Both the position numbers and the translations under genes were made by a program. A stretch of 64,000 bases of DNA from Octopus sinensis. Its lineage: Eukaryota. This document shows, one piece after another, positions 1-14,608 of the stretch; the first letter of the stretch is position 1; each line of letters begins with the position of its first letter. The stretch lies in the NCBI RefSeq assembly GCF_006345805.1, contig NC_043010.1, positions 23,932,001 to 23,996,000 on the forward strand. The letters are read 5' to 3'. The notes beneath the pieces were generated by a model that made no database searches, had not been told where the DNA came from, and saw only the letters and a program-made list of their open reading frames with translations.

Positions 1-507
1 CGAAAAAGTTAAAAATAGCAGTCAAAGACCGATTATTTCGATTTTCTACAAATATAACTCCACATATAACTTGTACATGTAACTCACATATGTAAAACAG
101 AAGGAAAATAACGAAAACAAAGTCTTCGGTCAGTTACGGACGCGTTTCTGGGTTAGAATTATAAATAAATTCATTCCCGTCCTCAGCGTAACGTTCCATT
201 AGATAGATTTGGAATTGTTATTTACACACCTCTTGCTTCCCGACCTCGCGCCATCGGAGATAGCAGGAGATAGTCAACACAGGCGAAATACATATAGACG
301 AATGGATTCGTATTTTCCCTCCAAATGAATTCGTATTTTCCCTTTGTTTTCGTTATTTTTATTTCTGTTTTACATATATGAGTTACATGTATGTGTTATA
401 TGTGGAGTTATATTTGTAGAAAATAGAAATAAGCGGTCTTTGACTGCTATTTCTAATTTTTCGATATGTTGCTAAGCAACCTGTTGCTTGCCCTTTTTAT
501 TTATTTG
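1..507. mobile_element. Fold-back non-coding element (PLE pLTR/retrozyme-like) with inverted arms, truncated by window start
   Basis: 1-122 is the imperfect reverse complement of ~342-463. A hammerhead motif lies between the arms. Parts are homologous to 48928-49410. Confidence 0.7.
133..192 (-). ncRNA. Type I hammerhead ribozyme motif
   Basis: Minus strand reads gttacg CTGAGGA c-ggg...gaatt..aattc...ccc-a GAAA cgc GTC cgtaac: 6-bp stem I, intact core, palindromic stem III (ACGCGT), GUC triplet. Confidence 0.8.
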
Positions 508-1087
508 CATATATATATATATATATATACTATATAATGTATATGATTCATATATATTAAATATGTATATATATGTGTGTACGTGTGCATGTATGCATAT
601 ATAGTGTATATATATATATATACACATATATATATATGTGTTTGTATTCTAGTGCACTATTGGATCAATCAAAATATTTTATTCTTTATATATATATGTT
701 TTGAGACTTATTTGCACATAGAATGAAGTCTATGTGCTATCTCTCAGCAAATAGACGTTTAAATTCGTTGATCAAAAACCGACGTAGGTGTTCGCCGCAG
801 TTTGTCCCTACAATCATAACATTCCAGTATTAAGCCGAACTTTTACACACACACGCGTGCGCGCACGTATGTATACTGTAAATGCGAATGTGTGTACACA
901 CTGGCCAATTTTAGCTCTCTTAGTTTTAAGTCATTTTTGTTTTACGTTTTGTCTGTTGTTTTCTTTGCTTTCTAAATAACAGTTTATTGGTGGCTATTTG
1001 TTTGAATTCTTTATCAAATATTTCCTACGAGAAACAATGAGAAATAGTGTCAATTCACCATGATTTCGTTTCTGGTTCAATCCTACA

Positions 1088-2281
1088 CGAGACAGCCGAA
1101 ATCTATGAAAAGTCTCTTAACACAAGCCCGAATACGCTCAACAACACAGAAGCCGTCAGTAAAAATATGTGGAAGACCCTATTGTGGGATATGCGATTAT
1201 CTAATTGAGGGGTCAGAGTTCTCCTTCAAACAGGGACAACAACGTTTCACAGTGAAAAGCACTTCACATGTGTTTCGGAGAACCTGATATACACACCAAC
1301 CTGCTCTGGCTGTCAAGAGCAATACATAGGCCAAACTAAAAATAGTCTAAGTAAAAGAATGGCTCTGCACAGATGCCAGGTTAAAATTCCCCAAAACAGA
1401 AAAATAGCATTCAGCCAACACATCAATATTTGTTCCAACAACAAAAATCCAAGCTTCAGAATTTTTCCCCTCTACTAATTCAGGGACGATACAACCTGGA
1501 GCCAGCGAATTAGTAAAGAAACTCTCTTTATTACAAAATACAGGGCCCTTCTGAACGCGTCTACGACAAACGATATATCCACCTCGGCCTTAGAATAGCA
1601 CAAATATACACGCAAATGTTAAAAATGATACACTCGAGAGATTCCCAAGAATTCATTAAAAAACAGTGCCAATCACTGCTATAATCCATTAGGTGCCAAT
1701 TTTAAGTCATTTAACACCTTACTACTTTCTACATTCATTCTTACTCTTTCTTCTTCTTCTTCTTCTTCTTCTTTTCCTTCTTCTTCTTCTTCTTCTTATC
1801 CTTCTTCTTCTTCTTCTTTTTCTTCTTCTCCCTTCTCCTTCCTAACTTTATCACTAATGCTCTTTAGAATAACACCTACACAAATTCTGTAAACAAAACA
1901 GTCTAAAGAAATATTTTCATGAATTGAACAGGGACTGCTACCAACCACTGACCATTCAAAATACTACTATCATGGCACTCCCAAATTATTATTATTCTCC
2001 TCCTCCTCCTCCTTCCTTTTTTTTCTTCTTGTTTGCTACCAATAATTCACGAGGACCTCGAACCCACAAGAATAAACAAGAGAGACAGAGACAGGCAGAA
2101 ACAAGGAAAACGCCACTTGTATTTGAACACTATACAAATATTCTTTTAAAAACAACTTTTCTTTTAATTTTTCTAAATTTAATTATTTAATTGTTACTGA
2201 TGAAATAGTCTCAATGACTGAAACCGGTAGTGAAATGTTTTTTATAAAATTATTTTAGCATTCTCTATCTTGACTTTTTTT

Positions 2282-2290
<9 letters not shown>
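1088..2290 (+). mobile_element. 5'-truncated Penelope-like (Neptune-type) element, GIY-YIG + 3' UTR/pLTR, frameshifted copy
   Basis: RQPKSMKSLLT..CGRPYCGIC linker, then GIY-YIG region broken by a frameshift near 1260. The 3' end 2040-2290 matches the pLTRs at 43290-43525 and 43875-44110. Confidence 0.85.
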
Positions 2291-2324
<34 letters not shown>

Positions 2325-2424
2325 GTGTGTGTGTGTGTGTGTGTGTATGCATACATACATATATATATACGCATATATACACACACATACACACACACAC
2401 GCACACACACACACACACCACACA

Positions 2425-2455
<31 letters not shown>

Positions 2456-3087
2456 TACACATATATATATATATGTATATATGCATATATATATATATAT
2501 AGTACATACATATTGTATGTGTGTTGTTTAAACGCTTATTTACTGCGTGGAGTGTCCGGGGAAAGCTCCCTATACGACGCCGAGTGTTAAAGAACACCGA
2601 ATATCCAGGTCAATAAGTGATAATTCATTCCAAAGTGACCAAGAATGGTAGATACCGATATTTCGTCATTATTGTGAATTATCAATATCATTCACATGGA
2701 TCACTTCAAAACAGAATGAATGGCTGTTTTGAGACTTATTTGCACATAGAATGAAGTCTATGTGCTATCTTTCAGCAAATAGACGTTTAAATTCGTTGAT
2801 CAAAAACCGACGTAGGTGTTCGCCGCAGTTAGTCCCTACAATTATAAAATTCCAGTATTAAGCCGAACTTTTACACACGCGCGCGCTCGCGCACGTATGT
2901 ATACTGTAAGTGCGAATGTGTGTACACACTGGCCAATTTTAGCTCTCTTAGTTTTAAGTCATTTTTGTTTTACGTTTTGTCTGTTGTTTTCTTTGCTTTC
3001 TAAATAACAGTTTATTGGTGGCTATTTGTTTGAATTCTTTATCAAATATTTCCTACGAGAAACAATGAGAAATAGTGTCAATTCACC

Positions 3088-3504
3088 ATGATTTCGTTTC
3101 TGGTTCAATCCTACACGAGACAGCCGAAATCTATGAAAAGTCTCTTAACACAAGCCCGAATACGCTCAACAACACAGAAGCCGTCAGTAAAAATATGTGG
3201 AAGACCCTATTGTGGGATATGCGATTATCTAATTGAGGGGTCAGAGTTCTCCTTCAAACAGGGACAACGTTTCACAGTGAAAAGCAACTTCACATGTGTT
3301 TCGGAGAACCTGATATACACACCAACCTGCTCTGGCTGTCAAGAGCAATACATAGGCCAAACTAAAAATAGTCTAAGTAAAAGAATGGCTCTGCACAGAT
3401 GCCAGGTTAAAATTCCCCAAAACAGAAAAATAGCATTCAGCCAACACATCAATATTTGTTCCAACAACAAAAATCCAAGCTTCAGAATTTTTCCCCTCTA
3501 CTAA
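3088..3504 (+). pseudogene. PLE GIY-YIG endonuclease fragment (second tandem copy; element extends to ~4310)
   Basis: CGRPYCGIC linker then FTCVSENLIYTPTCSGCQEQYIGQTKNSLSKRMALHR...FSQH, the PLE GIY-YIG signature (LIY..C..C...YIGQT....R..H). No RT upstream. Confidence 0.9.
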
Positions 3505-4309
3505 TTCAGGGACGATACAACCTGGAGCCAGCGAATTAGTAAAGAAACTCTCTTTATTACAAAATACAGGGCCCTTCTGAACGCGTCTACGACAAACGAT
3601 ATATCCACCTCGGCCTTAGAATAGCACAAATATACACGCAAATGTTAAAAATGATACACTCGAGAGATTCCCAAGAATTCATTAAAAAACAGTGCCAATC
3701 ACTGCTATAATCCATTAGGTGCCAATTTTAAGTCATTTAACACCTTACTACTTTCTACATTCATTCTTACTCTTTCTTCTTCTTCTTCTTCTTCTTCTTT
3801 TCCTTCTTCTTCTTCTTCTTCTTATCCTTCTTCTTCTTCTTCTTTTTCTTCTTCTCCCTTCTCCTTCCTAACTTTATCACTAATGCTCTTTAGAATAACA
3901 CCTACACAAATTCTGTAAACAAAACAGTCTAAAGAAATATTTTCATGAATTGAACAGGGACTGCTACCAACCACTGACCATTCAAAATACTACTATCATG
4001 GCACTCCCAAATTATTATTATTCTCCTCCTCCTCCTCCTTCCTTTTTTTTCTTCTTGTTTGCTACCAATAATTCACGAGGACCTCGAACCCACAAGAATA
4101 AACAAGAGAGACAGAGACAGGCAGAAACAAGGAAAACGCCACTTGTATTTGAACACTATACAAATATTCTTTTAAAAACAACTTTTCTTTTAATTTTTCT
4201 AAATTTAATTATTTAATTGTTACTGATGAAATAGTCTCAATGACTGAAACCGGTAGTGAAATGTTTTTTATAAAATTATTTTAGCATTCTCTATCTTGAC
4301 TTTTTTTCC

Positions 4310-4377
<68 letters not shown>

Positions 4378-5214
4378 CATACATACATATATATATACGC
4401 ATATATACACACACATACACACACACACGCACACACACACACACACACCACACACACACACATACACATATATATATATATATATATATAGATATATATA
4501 TATATACATACATATTGTATGTGTGTTGTTTAAACGCTTATTTACTGCGTGGAGTGTCCGGGGAAAGCTCCTATACGACGCCGAGTGTTAAAGAACACCG
4601 AATATCCAGGTCAATAAGTGATAATTCATTCCAAAGTGACCAAGAATGGTAGATACCGATATTTCGTCATTATTGTGAATTATCAATATCATTCACATGG
4701 ATCACTTCAAAACAGAATGAATGGCTGTTTTGAGACTTATTTGCACATAGAATGAAGTCTATGTGCTATCTTTCAGCAAATAGACGTTTAAATTCGTTGA
4801 TCAAAAACCGACGTAGGTGTTCGCCGCAGTTAGTCCCTACAATTATAAAATTCCAGTATTAAGCCGAACTTTTACACACGCGCGCGCTCGCGCACGTATG
4901 TATACTGTAAGTGCGAATGTGTGTACACACTGGCCAATTTTAGCTCTTTTAGTTTTAAGTCATTTTTGTTTTATGTTTTGTATGTTGTTTTCTTTGCTTT
5001 CTAAATAACAGTTTATTGGTGGCGATTCGTTTGAATTCTTTATCAAATATTTCCTACAAGAAAGAATAGGAATTGCGACAAGGAAAAACGTAGCAAAAGA
5101 CCAAACAATACCGAAATGTTTTGTCAAAATACCTAAATACAGAAACAGATATTTCTCTTATTTTTCCCTTTTCGTTATTACTTTTGTCTTAGTGGCGTAT
5201 TTTCTTCTCGACCA

Positions 5215-5890
<676 letters not shown>

Positions 5891-6192
5891 ATGATCTCGT
5901 TCGTTAAATATAAATGTTTCTTTCTGGAAAGATCGATACTAGAACTGATAGCTAATCACGAAGACGGGAGAGAGAAGGAGGAGAAAGACGACATAAAAAG
6001 TGAAGGAATTAGTAATAGAAAATAATTTATAATAAAATACAACTAACAATAAAAATAAATAACTTTTGGCTTTAAAAAATAAATGTAACGATATTGAAAA
6101 CTCTTAGATGAAATTTCTATTCATATGAAGAGATCGATACCATCGAATACAATAAAGATAGAAAAGAAAAATTTAAACTCAGAATCAAAATG

Positions 6193-6250
<58 letters not shown>

Positions 6251-6551
6251 CTACAACAACTATAAAATAACGATGATTGTGGAGAAACGTCACCGTCGTC
6301 ACGAGCGGAGAATTAAACAAGAATCAAACCATTCGAACGGAAATCAAAATATAAAGGTGAAATAATTTGACAAAAGTCTAACGAGAAAAAAAGATGGCGT
6401 ATTAAATAAAGAAAGACAGAAAGAAAAGTAAGGAAGAAAGAAAGAAAGAAGGAAAGAGAGAGAGAAAAAAGAAAGAAAGAAATGAAATTATATATAAATC
6501 ATACAGAAAGAAATATTGAAAATGCTAGAGAATTTTTCTTTCTGTGTGTGA

Positions 6552-6617
<66 letters not shown>

Positions 6618-7611
6618 CATCATCATAATCATCATCATCACCGTCATCATCATCATCATCATTATTATTATTATTGTCATCATCGTCATCATCATCATTA
6701 ATATTTTCGTTATTATTGTTGTTGGTAACTTGTTGTTTTAGTGCTTGTCTTCTTTCTTCTTTTTTTTGTTGTTATTTGTTGTATCTTTCTGTCAGGCAAT
6801 CGACCCCATTGACGTATAAAATTTCATAAAATGTCTACGAGGGTAGTTTTGTGTTCGCTTGAGGGGCACGGAGCATGAACTGTTCACTAGAAAAACAGCA
6901 ACTACTACCACAACTACTACTACTAATACTACTACTGCTACTACAAGATACCAAATAATTCAAACTTATCACGGATGAGATATATTGAAAAATAGACAAT
7001 AAATAAATCTAGTCATACACTGACCTTTCTTTGACCTTTTGTATATTATGATGACATTGTTTTTGGTAGATTTCCGTATTATAAAAGATGACCCGCGTGG
7101 TTAGGTGAATCTGTGACATTGTTTTCGATATTGGTTGTAACTATTTCACGTCTATTACGCCAATAATAAAACTGTGAAAGCATGGATGTCACACAATCTC
7201 CTGTGTTTATTGTTATATCAGCAAGGTTTAGTCTGTCAAAGAAAACAATTGCTAATTAATCATTTAAGTTCATTAAGCTAATAATGTTACGATACAGGAC
7301 AATGTACGTCTTGTTTTCGCTCCTAGCAAAGCCCTAGGTTTTCGCTGAATATCTTGGGAAAACCTATAAAGCGGATAAACTTCTTTGTTGCCTACTTTCG
7401 CAAGAGGACAGCACTTTGGATGTAAGTGATTAATGGATTAGACTGAACTCAGTACTCAACAGGTATTTATTTTATAGAAAAACTGTTGTGGCGGACTCTC
7501 ACTAATAAATAGTGAACTGACACACTCAATAGTGTCAGTCAGCGTACCTCGCTGACTGACACTACTGTTCGGGCCAGTCTCACAGAGATGATGAAATACG
7601 TGGTCATAATG

Positions 7612-7720
7612 GGATACATCAAAAGCAAAATTAACCTCGGCAGTAGTTGAACTCAAAAAGCACAAAGAGCCAACAGATTTTCCGCTGGTCGTGCTAACGA
7701 TTCTGTCAGCTCGCTGCTTT
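7612..7720 (-). mobile_element. Partial tRNA-derived SINE, same family as 8835
   Basis: Reverse complement starts aaagcagcgagctgacagaatcgttagcac...gagttcaactactgccgagg, matching the head of 8835. Confidence 0.6.
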
Positions 7721-8834
7721 GTATATAGAAGACAAATAGATCGATATTTCGCATTCTACTGCTGTTATTGTGCTATGTTTATGACCAGAACACTTACCTA
7801 TTAAGTGGTTCAGTTTCGTAGTTACTATAAATCAAATACTAAATAAATAGTATACAAAGTTACTGCTGCAATCATGCAGAGCAATTGTTTCAATATTGAA
7901 ATCAGTAAATATAACTTGACGAATTAGGACTTTTGGGAGACGGATGTGTTCTGCCAGCCTGAGTTGCCTCGAGTTACACATAGCGAACGCCAGGATTTCT
8001 TTGGTGTTACTAAGATCATAATGTGTTGTTGGACATAACTAATATTTCGTAGTATAGTGAATGTCGAATGAAAGCGATTGGTTCACAATCACACAATTAA
8101 ACTAAATAGTTTTCTGTGAGAATACAGTGGGTAGTTTTAACTCTCATCCTTCCAGATCGTACATTCAGAAGGCTGTGAAAAACGCATCGATTTCTGTTGT
8201 CCTTTTTTCTTGCTCTTACTGAAGCGATGATTGACTGGACATATGATAAAAGGCTTTCTATGTCCATCCCGTTTTGTAGTTTTATTCAAACATAATTTAT
8301 TTAGAAGAATATTATCCAGTGTGTTTCTGATCAGACAATACGGTGGTATCTGAAGTAAATATTACTACTATACCTCGCTGGCAAATCGACTATACAGAAA
8401 CTCCTTCGTGGGTTCGAATATGAGCAAAATCAAGGTTGATTACAGACAAAAGGAACAAGATCTCTGCTCATATACATGATTTAGAAATTTTGGCTCAATC
8501 TGTAGAACAGATTGTTACACAGGTTTCTGAGTTCAAACAACACTTTCAATTTTCATACTTCTTTATCAATAAAAATAAATAGTAGACACGTACATTGGTC
8601 AAGCCTCACTGATTGTAAACAATCCTTCAATTATGTAGAATTGTTCCTAGTTTCGAATGCTTTATTACCGTCTTTTCCGGCATATTAATCGATGGAGCAT
8701 ATAATGTAAACGTTGAGTGTAAACATTCAAACATCTTCACTTTCTTTCCAAACCTTGATGCATTTCACAAGATTTCTTTGATCCCTCAAAGTCGTTGTAG
8801 TATATCATTCGATCTACTAATTTTGTGACAGTTT

Positions 8835-9237
8835 AAGGCGGCGAGCTGACAGAAACGCAAGCACGCCGGGCGAAATGCTTAGCGGTATTGCGTTTGCCGT
8901 TATGTTCTGAGTTCAAATTCCGCCGAGATCGACTTTGCCTTTCATCATTTCGAGGTCGATAAATTAAGTACCAGTTACGCACTGGGGTCGATATAATCGA
9001 CTTAATCCATTTGTCTGTCCTTGTTTGTCCCCTCTGTGTGTAGCCCCTTGTGGGCAGTAAAGAAATAGAAATAGGTATTTCGTCTGTCTCTACGCTCTGA
9101 GTTCAAATTCCGCCGAGTTCGACTTTACCTTTCATCCTTTTGGGGTCGATAAATTAAGTACCATTTGCGTACTGGGATTGATCTAATCGACTGGCCCCCT
9201 CCCTCAAAATTTCAGATCTAATGCCCAGAGTAGAAAA
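8835..9237 (+). mobile_element. tRNA-derived SINE with Nin-like central domain, one copy plus a tandem partial copy
   Basis: aaggcggcgagctg..., B-box-like GAGTTCAAATTCC, then gactttgcctttcatc..gtcgataaattaagtacc present twice (8910-9000 and 9098-9190). Homologous to 53396. Confidence 0.8.
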
Positions 9238-10414
9238 ACATTTTGTGACTGTAAATTTTGCTCTGAAAAGATTGAATTGTATACCGGAAAATATGGTGCG
9301 GGAGCCACAAGGCAGGCGTCGCCGTTTGCGTTGAGCGGTGATGAAGAAATGGTCGAGAAATATTAAATAATTTGCAGAAACAGGTTATCTCCCTTTACCA
9401 TTTCAATAAAAATCCAGACAGAATCAACTTCGATTTTCATCCTTTGCAATCAATAGAATTGAGTAGCAAATGATTACTAGGGACAGTTAAATCGCCGATA
9501 ACTTCTTCCAAAATATATCAAATTTTGTTCTTATCAAAAATAAATAATCTATAATCTGCGGCAGTTGTATGGTTGAAAAGTTTGTTTCGAGCCTTCATCA
9601 GTTGCTGGCTGTACTTTTACTTCTTATTTTGAGCATTTAAACAAGATAAGACTTTGAAGGCAGTTACTCCCGCGAACCGAAATAAAAAAATTAAAAAAGG
9701 GATTTGCGGTGGGTCAAAGTTGGTAACAAAAACAGGACATGCAACAAACGAAACGAAATGAATACAAAAAAAGAGGACCGTTAGGCACAGACGAGTTAAA
9801 AATGGCGAACGCTTGAAGATTTTTTGATAAGAGTAAAGTGAGGAGACAGGTACAAATGCGTCCGAAGTGCGGAAGAGTTTGGGGAAAAGAAAGAAGATCA
9901 CCTGAGGACAGGAAGGATGGACGATGGTCACGTGTGGGCAACGAGAGAGTGTAAAGGAGGAAGAAGGAGAAAGAGGGGGACGGACAGATAGAAAATATTG
10001 AGGGGAGAAAAAAGAAACGAAAGAGAGCGGAGAGAGAGGAATCAGTAAAATAAAGAGTCGCATCGATGATATTAAGAAAAAACTCACTTGGAAATGGATG
10101 CGTTGCGTTGTACTTACATATACCTATATATTGATACATACATTGTTGCAAGACCAGCGGAACGAACTACTGTCGTGCCTAGCGGACAGTTGTCGAGTAC
10201 TGAAAGTAAGTCCCTGAAACAAGCTCTGGTCTACTGGTCCTGTTACACCTGGATGGGAGTGCATTTACCGATAAATCTAGGTTTATCAAGTTTGTGACTA
10301 TATACACACATAAACACACACACGCACGCATACACACACACACATACTTATCATTTATCTTTATAATCTCTTATGTTTATATTTTTCTGCTTTGTAGGGA
10401 TTTATTCGAAAATA

Positions 10415-10705
10415 ACGACCCCAGTATATTTTTTTAAAGCCCCGTACTTATTTTATCGAATCTTTTGACGAACCGCTAAGTTACCACACAAGCACAAGTT
10501 GTCAAGTGGTGCTGGGGGAGAAAGGCATGCACAAAGACATGCACACATATATATACCTATCCGACAGGCTTCTTACAGTTTCCATTTACCAAATCCTCTC
10601 ACAAGGCTTTGGTCGGCCCAAGGTTATTGTAGAAGACACTTGCCCAAAGTGATACTCCTTGGGAATGGACGCAGAATCATGTCTCTGCGAAGCAGATTTC
10701 TCACC
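10415..10705 (-). mobile_element. Diverged tRNA-derived SINE (25962 family)
   Basis: Reverse-complement homology to cttgggcaagtgtcttctac...gccgaccaaagccttgtgag..gatttggta. Confidence 0.7.
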
Positions 10706-11039
10706 GCAAATATATTTATCCAAGATGCCCAACATCTGGGTCGAACCGTGGTCCACACTGTTTCGAATACGTCTTGTTGACCACACGTCTCTACGTGCAT
10801 CTATACTGAGAAATCTAAAACAGTTTATGCAATTTAGTCCCTGCATTCTACTATTTCATCCTTTCATCGCTATTTAAATCATTGATAATGTTAAAGTCTG
10901 CTGAGCGCTGCTAATTGCTGGCCAATTTAAATATTTACTTTCAAGGCTACGCCTCTAGTCATGTGCATAATATTCGCCTTGTAGCATTATGTTAACCGCA
11001 ACTTAATGGAAATTTGTATCGCATATAGATTTGCCGTAC

Positions 11040-11267
11040 TTCATATATCAGTGTGTGTGTGTGTCTGTGTGTGTATGTGTGTGCATATGCGTATATAAAT
11101 ATATAAATATGTACATATATATATACACATACATATATACATATATATATACATGCATATATACACACATATATATAGGTATATATATATATTTATGCGT
11201 TGAAATATACATATATATATATACAAATAAATCTGTTTGTGTGCATATGTATGTACTTAGGTACATG

Positions 11268-11309
<42 letters not shown>

Positions 11310-11315
11310 TACATA

Positions 11316-11364
<49 letters not shown>

Positions 11365-11379
11365 TATATATGTACATAT

Positions 11380-11415
<36 letters not shown>

Positions 11416-12242
11416 ACATACATACATACATACATACATACACTCACACATACATACATACACACACACATACATACATACACACCCACATACACACGCA
11501 CACGCATACACACACATACATACACAAGACATACATACATACAGACATACACCCATACACTCACACACACATACACACCCACATACACACGCATATATAT
11601 ACACACACACACGCATACATACATACATACATTACGCCCACACAACTCCAGAGGAAACCCCACGCACACACGCATACAGTCACACACACACACACATACG
11701 TACACACACATACATACATACATACATACATACATACATACTTTCATTCGTACATACCACATACATACACACACACAAACATACACATACACACACACAT
11801 ACATACATACACACATACATATACACATACATATATACACACGCACACACACATACATACACACACACATACACACATACATACATACACACGCATATAC
11901 GCACATACAATATACATACACACATGCATACACACACATGTATACACACACATGCATACACACACACATACATACGCACATGCATGCATACATACATACA
12001 CACACACACATACACACATACACGCATGTACACTTACATACATGCATACATACATACACACAAACATACACGCATGCACACATACATACATACACACATA
12101 CACACACACATACATACATACATACACACACATACATACATACACGCACACACGCATACACATACACAAATACACACACATACTTACATACACTCATACG
12201 GACATACATACACACAGACATACACACCTACACACTCACACA
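11040..12242. repeat. Compound (AT)n/(CATA)n/(CA)n microsatellite
   Basis: Direct reading. Source of many spurious ORFs. Confidence 0.95.
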
Positions 12243-12244
12243 TA

Positions 12245-13469
12245 CGAGGGGCGTTCAATAAGTAATGCCCCTGACCCACTTGCAGTTGTTTGATCTAGTT
12301 GTTTGATTTTGCATGAGCACTTATTTATCCCTCTATAGATTAAGTGGTGAATTACAGCTCTGAACTAATTGTGGTTTCTGATTTACAGGTGTTTGAACTG
12401 AGTCAAGTGTGAAATGGAGCCTGTTGTATTTGAAAGGACGCATACCACGGGAGACTTTTGATGAAATGAAAGTAACTTATGGTGATGATGCCCCATCATA
12501 TGACCTTGTAAAAGGCTGGCATTGTAAATTCAAACATGGTCGGAACTCTGTGGAAACAGCTCCCAGATCTGGTCGCCCCCTTCTGCCGTTGATGAGACAT
12601 CTGTCCGTCAAGTTGAGGCTGCCATTTTTGGAAGGTCAACGCATAACTATTCGCCAAATAGCCCATGAGGTCAAGATTAGTACCGGGTCTGTGGAAACTA
12701 TCATTCATGACCATTTGCATATGCAAAAGGTGTCTGCCAGATGGATTTCCAGGTTGCTCACACCTTTCCAGAAGCAAGAACGCGTTGAGTGCTCGAGGGT
12801 GAATTTGGAGATGTGCCAAGAAGATGAGTCAAAATTTTTCAAAAGACTGATCACACAGGATAAAATTGGGTCCATCACTATGATCCATAGACCAAAGCCC
12901 AGTCAATGCAGTGAACGCACCGTGACTCACCTCCTCCAAAGAAGGCAAGGGTGCAGCCCTCCGCTGACAAGGTTATGCTCATAGTCTTCTGGGACCAGGA
13001 CGGAGTAGTGATGACAGATTTCCTGGCAAAGGGTAGCACAATTGCAGGAGCCTTCACTTTTGAGGAAATTAAGAGAAGCTATCAAAATCAAGAGGCGGGG
13101 CAAGATCAGCAAAGGCATCCTCCTCCTGCAGGACAAGGCTCCGGTCCACAACTCGCGTGTCGCCAGATCAGAAGCACAGGCGTGCAGCTATGAACTCCTC
13201 CCCTTGCACCCTCTTCCCAGCCATGAAGTTGATTTTGAAAGGAAAGCGTTTCCCAGATGATGCAGCCTTGATTTCTGAAGTCACGTCGTGGTTGGAGGAC
13301 CAAGCTGGGTTCTTCTACAAAAACGGTCTCCAGAGCTGTATCAAACGATGGTAGAAATGCATAACTCTGGGTGCTTCCTATGTAGGAAAAGACTAATAAC
13401 TGTGCCAAGTGTCGTTGCTCTACCGATATGGGAAGTGGGTCAGGGGCATTACTTACTGAACGCCCCTCG
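12245..13469 (+). mobile_element. Mariner (DD34D) DNA transposon, full length, defective
   Basis: TIRs cgaggggcgttcaataagtaatgcccctgacccactt / aagtgggtcaggggcattacttactgaacgcccctcg with TA on both sides. Transposase motifs KVSARWISRLLT, KVMLIVFWD, LLQDKAPVH lie in shifted frames. Confidence 0.95.
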
Positions 13470-13755
13470 TACATACATACATACATACACACACACATAC
13501 CTATATACACACTCGCATGCACACGCACACTCATGCATGCGCGCGCACGCACCCATACATACATGCATGCACGCATGCCTTTGGGGTCTGGCTTTATTTC
13601 GGGCGCGCGTCTGGGCGTGTGCGTGTGTGCCTGTAGTTTCGTATGCGCCCGCACCGTGATAGTCTTTTCCATCTATCTTTCAGTTGCGAAGTGTGTCCTT
13701 GCATGAATATATATACCACATGCAAACATATATATATATATATGTATATGTGTAT

Positions 13756-13822
<67 letters not shown>

Positions 13823-14139
13823 AACATATAAACACACATTTGTACACACACGCACATCACATACATTCACTCCCACGCACGTACACACACACACATTTAC
13901 ATATATATACAATACACGCACACATACATACACACGTACAAACAACACTAATTCACATACACACCGACACATATACATACACACACATACACACACATGC
14001 ACACACTCACACACACACCCTTCTCATCTCGTACACCTTTTTTACCATTCCTTCTCTGATTCAGCTCTTTTGTTTTTAAAAAACACTTTTCCTTCCTTTT
14101 GACCACTTCCGTCTTTTTAGTATGTGACCTCGTGTAGAC

Positions 14140-14322
14140 TACCTGCTATTTTTTTTCCCTCTGTCCTCCCGTCTCGAGATGTTTCTTTCTCCTATGTTTC
14201 CGACGAAAAGCTCCGCTCGAAACGGCAAACCCTCCTTCTTCCCTTCTCTCTTGAGCGTCCAATAATACTTTATTTGTTCCACATCCTTGCGTTGTTGTTT
14301 TTTTTTTCTTGTTTGGATTAAC
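14140..14322 (+). mobile_element. Solo PLE pLTR (family B) with degenerate hammerhead
   Basis: Homologous to 20195-20363. gttt CCGACGA A aagc-tcc-gctc GAAA cggc aaac at ~14196-14230. Confidence 0.65.
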
Positions 14323-14345
14323 TTTATATATATATATAATATATA

Positions 14346-14392
<47 letters not shown>

Positions 14393-14522
14393 AGCAACAA
14401 TTTAGATTCAAATGAATATGGCACTTAATTTTGATGCGCCAGAGTTTTTTATGGTGTTACCCATAAAAATATGCGGAGTGATTATAATAAAAAAAATAAG
14501 CAACAAGAATGGATCCGGTAAC

Positions 14523-14608
14523 TTAGTACAATTGTTTCATACTACAACATTTAATTAAAAGCTGTAAATATTACAGCAGATTTAAGATGCCGAGTAATCT
14601 TCAGCTAA
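14523..14608 (-). ncRNA. Type I hammerhead ribozyme motif with extended stem II
   Basis: Minus strand reads ttag CTGAAGA t-tact-cggcat...gctgtaa/ttacagc...atgttg-t-agta-t GAAA caatt GTA ctaa: intact core, palindromic stem III ACAATTGT, GUA triplet. Confidence 0.75.

Larger units (their letters stand above)
698..5057 (+). repeat. Tandem duplication, ~2.0 kb unit x2 plus partial third copy
   Basis: Units start at 698, 2726 and 4727 (gttttgagacttatttgcac...). Homologous ORFs at 788/2816/4817 give periods of 2028 and 2001. The third copy diverges after ~5057. Confidence 0.95.

Noticed and set aside
2197-2203. Exact CTGATGA in the PLE pLTR (also in copy 2)
   Set aside because: Alignment with 44015-44056 puts the true core position 3 nt downstream (ATGAAAT versus TTGAAAA), and stem I does not pair in this register. 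Counted only as a degenerate motif.
9580-9605. Minus-strand CTGATGA AGGCTC GAAA
   Set aside because: No stem II, stem III or stem I pairing; it overlaps a decayed SINE head.
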